This document shows, piece by piece, positions 1-7,269 of a stretch of 40,062 nt of DNA (positions are counted from its first letter, which is position 1; every line of letters starts with the position of its first letter). Under the pieces are notes generated by a model that made no database searches, had not been told where the DNA came from, and worked only from the letters and a program-made list of their open reading frames with translations. The position numbers were made by a program, and so were the translations under genes. The stretch lies in the sequence record DRR723986_10657; one strand, 5' to 3'.

Positions 1-77
1 GGAACTCTCCGCGGCAACAGGTTAAAGAGTTCAAGCAAGCAAATCTAGCAACCACAATTGTATGCCAGCATTCGACT

Positions 78-1754
78 TTACTCGATTCGTAGGGTATGGG
101 CGAATTTGCCTACCTTCTCTTCAGGCAGCGTGACGTGGAGAGCATCTTCTGCCCACTCAAACTCAAGTTCTTCCGTGCCGCCGAGCAGTCGGATTGAGTC
201 AATTTCTTTTGGTGCATGCTCAGCCCCCTTCGCAAACGACTTAATGGAAACCGACCCGTCTTCTGGCCATTCGAGGAGAATTGCATAGAGAGCTTCGGGC
301 TTCGAAGTGAAGCGAATGTCTTTCGACGTGAACGGCTTGTCTTTTTTCTCCGCTAAGTGACCCGTCGCCGTTCCAGTCGGCCCCTCGCCGTAGACGCTCC
401 AGTGCGTTGATTCGTAAATTGCCTCTCCATTGACTTTGAGCCAGGAGCCTATCTCGCGTAGGATCTCCTGATCCGCTTCAGGAATGGTGCCGTCGGATCG
501 AGGGCCAACGTTCAGGAGCAGGCAACCGTTCTTGGCGACAATATCCACCAAGTCATCGACCAAACGACCGGCGGTCTTGTATTTCTGATCCCGCGTGAAT
601 CCCCAAGAGCTGCTACTGATGGCGGTATCCGTCTGCCAGAAGGGCTTGCGAATCGCCGCCATTTTGGATCGTTCAAGATCAAGAACAGCCGCAGCTTCCG
701 GAAATGCCTTCCATTTGTAATTGATCACACCAGCTTCGCCGCCATTCTGACTCTTCTTGTTGTAATAGTAGGCAGCAAACTTCTGCAGGTACGGAGAGTA
801 GTGGTTGTCTTCGAAACTCGTTTCCTGCGTCGCTGTAATGCCAAAATCAAACCAGACTAGATCCGGATCATACTTGTCGACTATTTCGCAAGTCCTGGCC
901 AGCCAATCGCGCTTAAACTGTTCATCTTGCGGTTCGAAACGCTCCCGGTAATCAGCCGCGTCCTCCTTGAACAGGAACGGCATCGGGCGCCCGTAGAGGC
1001 CGCTGAGCTTTGGATCTGCGTTGTCAAAATCCGCCCGCCGAACGTAGTACTTCCAATTGAAAGCCCGGTGACTACTCAGCCCAACCCGCAAACCACGACT
1101 CCGCGCCGCAGCAGCCAACTCGGCGATGATATCTCGACGCGGCCCCATTTGAGTTGCGTCCCATTCGGTGAAACTGCAGTCGTACATGGGAAAACCGTCA
1201 TGGTGTTCAGCAACCGGCACGATGTATCGCGCACCGGCATCTTGGAAGAGCTGGATCCACTCTTGCGGATCGAACTTCTCGGCTTTGAACTGCGGAATGA
1301 AGTCCTTGTACCCAAACTCTGCATGTTTACCGTATGTCTTCAAATGATGCTCATAGAAGTTATCACCCCGACGCACCATATCGATATACATCTGCCGCGG
1401 ATACCACTCACTTCCGTACGCAGGAACGCTGTAAACGCCCCAGTGGATGAAGATGCCGAATTTCGCATCTTTGTACCACTGAGGAACTTTGTAGGACGAA
1501 AGCGATTCCCAACTCGGCTCAAACGGCCCCGCTGCGATTTCTTGATCTATTTCTTCAATTGCACCAGCGACGGCGGGATGTGGTGGCCATTTCGCATCTG
1601 AGGCCCGCGTGCCCGATTCCTGGGAATAGGCGGGTGTGCCAAAGAACGAGACGGCACACAGCACTGCGATGAGGACGTGCGAGCATGCCGCTTGCCGTTG
1701 ACGCCGGCCGAAAAGACAAGAGTTGCGTCGGAGCGGGAGTAGATTGTTCGGCAT
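78..1754 (-). CDS. Secreted GH29 glycoside hydrolase (alpha-L-fucosidase family; possibly an alpha-L-galactosidase)
   Basis: GH29 motifs WYKDAKFGIFIHWG, AEHHDGF, LVWFD (nucleophile Asp) and LLLNVGPRSDGTIP. Signal-peptide-like segment (VLIAVLCAVSFFGTPAYS). The ORF is open to 1823, but ATG 1754 avoids overlap with the upstream gene. Confidence 0.9.
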   Translation of the reverse strand: MPNNLLPLRRNSCLFGRRQRQAACSHVLIAVLCAVSFFGTPAYSQESGTRASDAKWPPHPAVAGAIEEIDQEIAAGPFEPSWESLSSYKVPQWYKDAKFGIFIHWGVYSVPAYGSEWYPRQMYIDMVRRGDNFYEHHLKTYGKHAEFGYKDFIPQFKAEKFDPQEWIQLFQDAGARYIVPVAEHHDGFPMYDCSFTEWDATQMGPRRDIIAELAAAARSRGLRVGLSSHRAFNWKYYVRRADFDNADPKLSGLYGRPMPFLFKEDAADYRERFEPQDEQFKRDWLARTCEIVDKYDPDLVWFDFGITATQETSFEDNHYSPYLQKFAAYYYNKKSQNGGEAGVINYKWKAFPEAAAVLDLERSKMAAIRKPFWQTDTAISSSSWGFTRDQKYKTAGRLVDDLVDIVAKNGCLLLNVGPRSDGTIPEADQEILREIGSWLKVNGEAIYESTHWSVYGEGPTGTATGHLAEKKDKPFTSKDIRFTSKPEALYAILLEWPEDGSVSIKSFAKGAEHAPKEIDSIRLLGGTEELEFEWAEDALHVTLPEEKVGKFAHTLRIE

Positions 1755-1809
1755 AGTCAGACTCGCAAAGCTGGATGGAAGGAAGAGGAAACCGAGGAAA
1801 CGCTGCCCG

Positions 1810-2838
1810 TCAATTGACCGCAATCATCGCTTTGAGAACACCTGAACTCGGCTCCAACCACTGATCAAAAACGCCAACGACATCGTCGAAGTCGGCGCGG
1901 TGGGTAATCCAAGGCTGAGTGTCAATCTTGCCCGTCTGAATCAACTCGATGATCCTACGAAAGTCACCGGGCAGGGCATTTCTACTTGCCAACAAACTCA
2001 GCTCACGACTGTGAAAAATTGGTGCGTGAAGAAACTCTAGCTTGTTCTGGGTAATCCCGACGTAGACAACTCTGCCAGTAAACGCGGCGAATTCGAATGC
2101 CCGCGTCATACTGTGATTGTTGCCCGTTGCATCAACGATCACGTCTGCCAACCGCCCACCGCCAGCACTGCGAACCAGGTCGATATCCTGTTCTTCGCCA
2201 GTGATCAAGACGGTGTGCTCAACGCCCATGGTTTCCCGAACGAACTGCAGCCGCTGTTCATTGACATCTGCGACGATCGTTCGAGCGCCGGAGAGCTTAG
2301 CAAACTCAACGGCCGACAACCCAATCGGTCCGGCTCCGATGATTAAGATGTTCTCTCCAGGCTGCGGGTTGCCTCGATTGACCGCGTGGCATCCAATTGC
2401 CAACGTCTCGACCAACGCCGCTTGCTCATAAGTCAAATCGCCGACCGGATGTAGTTTCCGCGCCGGCAAATTTACTTGGTCCGTTAGCCCGCCGTCACAC
2501 ATGACGCCAAAGGTCTGATTGTGTTCGCAGCAATTCGTGTTTCCACGCAGGCAAGAATCACACTTCTGGCAGTTTAAATATGGCTCGACGCAGCATTTTT
2601 GCCCCACGGAAAGTGAATCAACTCCCTCCCCGAGCTCCAGAATCTCTACGCCAAGTTCGTGCCCCGGAATTCGAGGGAATTCGAAAAAGGGAAAGCGACC
2701 CAAGTAACAGCCGACGTCTGTCCCGCAGACTCCCATGCTGTGAACACGCACACGGACTTCTCCAGGTCCCGGTTTAGGCGGTTCTGGAATATCGATCTGT
2801 GCCCAGGACTTCACGGCATTGATTTGCAGTGCCTTCAT
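1810..2838 (-). CDS. Zn-dependent medium-chain dehydrogenase, L-galactonate/L-gulonate 5-dehydrogenase-like (YjjN/LgoD-like)
   Basis: GVCGTD and GHE catalytic Zn motifs, structural Zn CxxCxxCx7C, Rossmann GAGPIG, and HSRELSLLASRNA typical of the YjjN-like group. Substrate inferred from context. Confidence 0.85.
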   Translation of the reverse strand: MKALQINAVKSWAQIDIPEPPKPGPGEVRVRVHSMGVCGTDVGCYLGRFPFFEFPRIPGHELGVEILELGEGVDSLSVGQKCCVEPYLNCQKCDSCLRGNTNCCEHNQTFGVMCDGGLTDQVNLPARKLHPVGDLTYEQAALVETLAIGCHAVNRGNPQPGENILIIGAGPIGLSAVEFAKLSGARTIVADVNEQRLQFVRETMGVEHTVLITGEEQDIDLVRSAGGGRLADVIVDATGNNHSMTRAFEFAAFTGRVVYVGITQNKLEFLHAPIFHSRELSLLASRNALPGDFRRIIELIQTGKIDTQPWITHRADFDDVVGVFDQWLEPSSGVLKAMIAVN

Positions 2839-2899
2839 ACTACTCGCTTCATACTGATTGATTCGGGTGCATTCGTCGCTGTAAGCGATGCTGACGATT

Positions 2900-3838
2900 C
2901 TAGTTGTTTTCCGCCAAGCCTTCTTGGTGGCTGACGTTGTGAACCGGCTTCAGGATCTCAAGTACCTCAGCCAGCAAAGTTCGGTCGATCGGCTGATCAA
3001 GCCAATGCGCCCATTTGCGAATATTGTCGGGATTTGCGCTTCCCGTAATCGTAGTCGCCAAGTCCGGATGCTCGCATGAAAACTGCAGTGCAAGCTGCGC
3101 GATGTCAACACCCTGCTTGTTGCAATGCTCAGCGGCACGTTTCGCCGTGGCCTGCACCTCAGGTGAATCTCGATGCCATTCCGGCAGCGTCGCGTTGGTT
3201 AGAAGCCGAGCAGCAAATGGCCCCGCATTCATCACACCGATTTGCTTTTCCTGCATCGCAGGCAGGACGTCATCGACCAGCCGGGTGTTCTGCAGTGTGT
3301 ATTGGTTGTAAGACAGAATGCAATCAATCTCTGCCTGTCGAGCGACTTCCGTGAAAATTTTCATCGGATATCCACTGATTCCAACATACCGCACCTTCCC
3401 AGACTCTTGAATCTTCCGAAGTGCGGGTAGCGTTTCGTTGATGATTTGATCCAGTGGAACAAATTCGATGTCGTGACACAGAATGATGTCCAGATGATCT
3501 GTCTTCAACCGATGCAAGCTAACGTCTACGCTCTCGGCAACACGCTTGGCCGAGAAATCAAAGTGATTTGCATCAAACCGCCCCAGCTTTGTGCACAGCA
3601 GATAATCATCGCGAGGCACATTCTTGAGCTCGACGCCCAATAAGACTTCTGACATTCCTCGACCATAGTATGGCGAAGTATCGATTAAGTTCATGCCTAG
3701 CTCGAGTGCCAGACGAACGCTTGCGAAAACCTCGTCTAGACTGACGTCGCGAAATTCTGCTCCTAGCGACGAAGCGCCGAAGCTCAAAACGGGAAGTTCT
3801 AAATCAGTTTTGCCAAGCTTACGTTTTGGAATGCTCAT
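2900..3838 (-). CDS. Aldo/keto reductase, L-galactose dehydrogenase / D-threo-aldose 1-dehydrogenase-like
   Basis: LSFGASSLG, IDTSPYYG, TKLGR, HDIEF and ETLPAL...GKVRYVGISGYP closely resemble the L-galactose dehydrogenase AKR subgroup. Confidence 0.85.
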   Translation of the reverse strand: MSIPKRKLGKTDLELPVLSFGASSLGAEFRDVSLDEVFASVRLALELGMNLIDTSPYYGRGMSEVLLGVELKNVPRDDYLLCTKLGRFDANHFDFSAKRVAESVDVSLHRLKTDHLDIILCHDIEFVPLDQIINETLPALRKIQESGKVRYVGISGYPMKIFTEVARQAEIDCILSYNQYTLQNTRLVDDVLPAMQEKQIGVMNAGPFAARLLTNATLPEWHRDSPEVQATAKRAAEHCNKQGVDIAQLALQFSCEHPDLATTITGSANPDNIRKWAHWLDQPIDRTLLAEVLEILKPVHNVSHQEGLAENN

Positions 3839-3895
3839 CAGTAATCTTTCTTGCGATCCGGAAGACGTGTGAATACGGAATGGTTGAGGAGCCGC

Positions 3896-5143
3896 CTAGC
3901 CCAAGAACAGTGGCTTCAAGTGACGGTCGAGGATATTCTTCGTCACTTGCTGTCCGACGATTTCTTCATTCGCCTTCAGCATGTTCAAGTACCGGTCACC
4001 GGCGTTGGCAGCAATCTTGAACGACACGTGCAAGAGCTGGCGCACATGTGCGTTGAAACGAGCATCACCAGGAATGTGTCGAATTGTTGCGGCCATCGTT
4101 TCGCCATCCCAACCGCCGACAGTTTCTGGTGTCGGTAGCTTGCTGGCATCAATGTCGATCACGCTTGCGTATGGAGCACACAGTTCATCAACATGTTCGA
4201 AAGCGTAAACGTAGATTTCTTTGGCGAGTGCCAAGCCATCTCCGCCGGCTTCCGACAAGCCAATTAACTCCTCCAACCAAGTCGTTCCGGCCGTCTTCAC
4301 GTGAACTCCCGCACCGGTTTTCTGAAGTGCGTCTCGAATTGCAGGATAGATACTGAATTTGTCACTTCCGGAGTGCACGCTCAACTTCAGTGTGTCAGGC
4401 AAGCCGTAACGCTTGACGGCGACATCGATGACCGCGATGTCTTCATTGAACTCCCGTGCGAACTGTTCAACGTCGCCGACGTAATCGACACCTTTGTTGA
4501 ATCGCCCGGTGAACTTTGGAGCAATTGTCTGGAGTTCGATCTTCTCGTCAGCAAGTGCGGCCAGAATAACCAGCAGCTCAGGAGGAGTCTGCGGCGAGTC
4601 TGTCTCATCCATGGAGACTTCTGCAGCGAAGTTATCTTCACCTTTTTCCGATGCAATGTGACGATAGATATCACCGGCTGACTGGCATGCCCCTAGGAAT
4701 TGCCGGGCCACCTTGATAACAAAGTCGCGATCGATTTCGTAGCTTGTTCCAGTGCCTTCAAGCTCGAGAGTACCGAGTAGTTCAGGGTGGGCATCTGCAA
4801 ACTTCTCAATTTCAGCCTCGTCAACACTGGTCCCGATCGCGTCGGCCACGTCGATTGTGAAAAAGTCGGAGCAGGGCAGGTAGGGCGCCACTGTCGCCAT
4901 CTGAATATGGTCCGCGTCCACGTGCCAAGACCGGGACCATCCCAGAGATTCGACCGCCTCCGCTGCTGCCGCCTTCACGCTAGGTGGCTCGGAACCGACA
5001 AACCCGTGCTCGCGATTCGACTTATTCCAGACTGGAGTCACTTCGACACCAAGTTTCTCAAGCTCTTGGAATGCGCGAAGTTGCGCACTGGCTTGATGAG
5101 CAAAACGGTCGCCAACGCCAAACGTAAATTTGTCGAGTTTCAT
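3896..5143 (-). CDS. uxaE: Tagaturonate/fructuronate epimerase
   Basis: Motifs FGVGDRF, DADH, EVSMDET, APKFTGRFNKGVDY, KLSVHSGSDKFSIY and HVKTAGTTWLEE. Start moved from 5179 to ATG 5143, which is preceded by GGAGAAACT (SD). Confidence 0.88.
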   Translation of the reverse strand: MKLDKFTFGVGDRFAHQASAQLRAFQELEKLGVEVTPVWNKSNREHGFVGSEPPSVKAAAAEAVESLGWSRSWHVDADHIQMATVAPYLPCSDFFTIDVADAIGTSVDEAEIEKFADAHPELLGTLELEGTGTSYEIDRDFVIKVARQFLGACQSAGDIYRHIASEKGEDNFAAEVSMDETDSPQTPPELLVILAALADEKIELQTIAPKFTGRFNKGVDYVGDVEQFAREFNEDIAVIDVAVKRYGLPDTLKLSVHSGSDKFSIYPAIRDALQKTGAGVHVKTAGTTWLEELIGLSEAGGDGLALAKEIYVYAFEHVDELCAPYASVIDIDASKLPTPETVGGWDGETMAATIRHIPGDARFNAHVRQLLHVSFKIAANAGDRYLNMLKANEEIVGQQVTKNILDRHLKPLFLG

Positions 5144-5297
5144 AGTTTCTCCGTCCAATTGTGTAATTTCCGACCACATTGTTAGCTACTGCAGTGCTAA
5201 AATCCATAGCCGATACCGACACGAGCATGTCTATTCTAAACCTGCATTGAAGTTAGCCTGTAGTTCCCACGAGAGGTCACCATGACTGATTGGACCA

Positions 5298-6254
5298 ATG
5301 CCTAGAAAACGGATCGCCTTAACAGAAAACCGCTCAGAAAATGAAGCCTTCGGTGCCAGCGGAACTGCCGAAGAACCGGACTTTGTCTCGCGGCAAACCT
5401 ATCAGACTCGCCGTTTTTACCTCAATCTTCGCCCAGATCCCGATGCCTTGATCGCACTGGTTTGCGGCGGCGTTGAGCGAATGCGACCGAACTACTTAGT
5501 AGATCGCACTGATTTTCCTTTTTACGCCCTGGAGTGGGTCACCGAAGGCCGCGGAACGATCCGATACGGAGCAACCGAATACGCGCTCCACCCCGGTGTG
5601 CTGTTCGCATACGGGCCGAACGTGCCACACACGATCAGCAATGATCCTGACGCAAGTATGCGCAAATACTACTTGGACATCTCCGGCAAGGACGTTGAAT
5701 CAACCCTACAAGAAGCTGGTTTGCTCGACCGGAAACCGATTCACGTTGGTCGGACAATTGAACTGGTCGAGTTGTGGAACTTGCTTGCCAGCGAAGCCCG
5801 CGAGAATACAAACTACTCGACGGCGATTTGCACCTCGCTCCTTCAAGTCCTGCTGATGAAAATTAAGCAGCAGAGCGTTGCGTCGGAGCGTTTCGACACA
5901 CAAGGCGCTGATACAACTTCGTTTCGTCGCTATGAAGCAATACGAAAATCGATTGAAGCAGACTTCCTCCAATTGAGAACAGTCGACGACGTCGCAAAAC
6001 AGCACGGCATTACACCAATTTACTTGTCGCGGCTATTTCGACGTTATAGCAACACCGGCGCTTACCGTTTCTTGCTCAGATTGCGTATGAACCATGCCGC
6101 TGAACTGCTCATGGAGCACGGCATGTTGGTTAAAGAAGTAGCGCAGGAATTGTCCTACTCTGACGCGTTTCAGTTTTCGCGGGCGTTCAAGCGCGTGTAC
6201 GGGGTTGCACCTTCACAACTAAATGCAACGTCCAAATACCTTGGTCACCACTGA
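5298..6254 (+). CDS. AraC/XylS-family transcriptional regulator, divergent from the uxaE operon
   Basis: N-terminal cupin-like domain and C-terminal double HTH (YLSRLFRR...LRMNHAAELL...VAQELSYSDAFQFSRAFKRVYGVAPS). Confidence 0.92.
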   Translation: MPRKRIALTENRSENEAFGASGTAEEPDFVSRQTYQTRRFYLNLRPDPDALIALVCGGVERMRPNYLVDRTDFPFYALEWVTEGRGTIRYGATEYALHPGVLFAYGPNVPHTISNDPDASMRKYYLDISGKDVESTLQEAGLLDRKPIHVGRTIELVELWNLLASEARENTNYSTAICTSLLQVLLMKIKQQSVASERFDTQGADTTSFRRYEAIRKSIEADFLQLRTVDDVAKQHGITPIYLSRLFRRYSNTGAYRFLLRLRMNHAAELLMEHGMLVKEVAQELSYSDAFQFSRAFKRVYGVAPSQLNATSKYLGHH

Positions 6255-6328
6255 GTGTCCAGCGTTTGCGATCGGCGATTGTGCGCGAAGCTGTGCGAAG
6301 ATTCCAGCAATAGATTCAGACAAGTAGC

Positions 6329-7186
6329 TTAGCCAAAGCGGCCAGTCACGTAGTCCTCGGTTTCCTTCAGACGCGGGTTGGTAAAAATCTGACTGGTCGG
6401 ACCGTATTCAATCAGTCGCCCAAGGTACATGAACGCGGTGTAGTCACTGATTCGGGATGCCTGCTGCATGTTGTGCGTGACAATCAGAACCGTGTATTCA
6501 CCTCGGAGATCGTCAATCAAGTCTTCAATTTTTCCAGTCGCCAGAGGATCCAACGCAGAACAAGGTTCATCCAAAAGCAAAACCTCTGGATCACTTGCGA
6601 TTGCACGAGCTATGCAAAGCCGTTGCTGTTGGCCGCCGGACAGCCCAAGCCCGCTCTCGTTCTGTCGCGTCCTAACTTCATCCCAAAGTGCCGCCCCCTT
6701 TAAGCTCTGCTCACAAACCTGACTGAGGACTTTCTTGTCTCTCTGGCCGTCGATTCGCAGCGGGTAAACGACGTTCTCAAAAATCGACATCGGGAATGGG
6801 TTTGGCTTTTGAAATACCATCCCCATTCGCTTGCGCAGTTCAATAACGTCGACACCAGGAGCAAAAATGGATTCGTCAGCGAGCCGAATATCGCCGCGTG
6901 TTGTAAGCCCATCAATCAAGTCGTTCATGCGATTGACGCTACGCAGCAGCGTGGATTTCCCACAACCACTGGGACCAATCAACGCGGTAACTTCCCCACG
7001 GGGAATCGGCATCGAGATGTTATAAAGAGCTTGTTTCTTACCATACCAAAGGCTGAAATCCTTCACCTCCAGTGCTGCATCCGCTTCGTACACTTCAGGA
7101 TGGATTTCGGCATCAACGGCCTTGCCAGATGCAATTGCCTCGAGCCGATTCTGCTCCGTCGCCTGGGTTTCGTTGTCGCCGGTCAT
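6329..7186 (-). CDS. pstB: Phosphate ABC transporter ATP-binding protein
   Basis: Walker [53 protein letters not shown] and C-terminal YVTGRFG. Confidence 0.97.
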   Translation of the reverse strand: MTGDNETQATEQNRLEAIASGKAVDAEIHPEVYEADAALEVKDFSLWYGKKQALYNISMPIPRGEVTALIGPSGCGKSTLLRSVNRMNDLIDGLTTRGDIRLADESIFAPGVDVIELRKRMGMVFQKPNPFPMSIFENVVYPLRIDGQRDKKVLSQVCEQSLKGAALWDEVRTRQNESGLGLSGGQQQRLCIARAIASDPEVLLLDEPCSALDPLATGKIEDLIDDLRGEYTVLIVTHNMQQASRISDYTAFMYLGRLIEYGPTSQIFTNPRLKETEDYVTGRFG

Positions 7187-7269
7187 GATGATTTCGCCGA
7201 TGTGTTATCTAAGTGTCAAGCTACTACGAATGCTTGCTCTAACGTTCAAGCACCGAGGCCGGCTAGACA

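Noticed and set aside
2-32. GAACTCT...AGAGTTC hairpin downstream of GH29 as a terminator
   Set aside because: Weak 7-bp stem with a long loop, and the flank is cut by the window edge.
927-1601. 224-aa + strand ORF
   Set aside because: Antisense shadow of the GH29 gene with no recognisable motifs.
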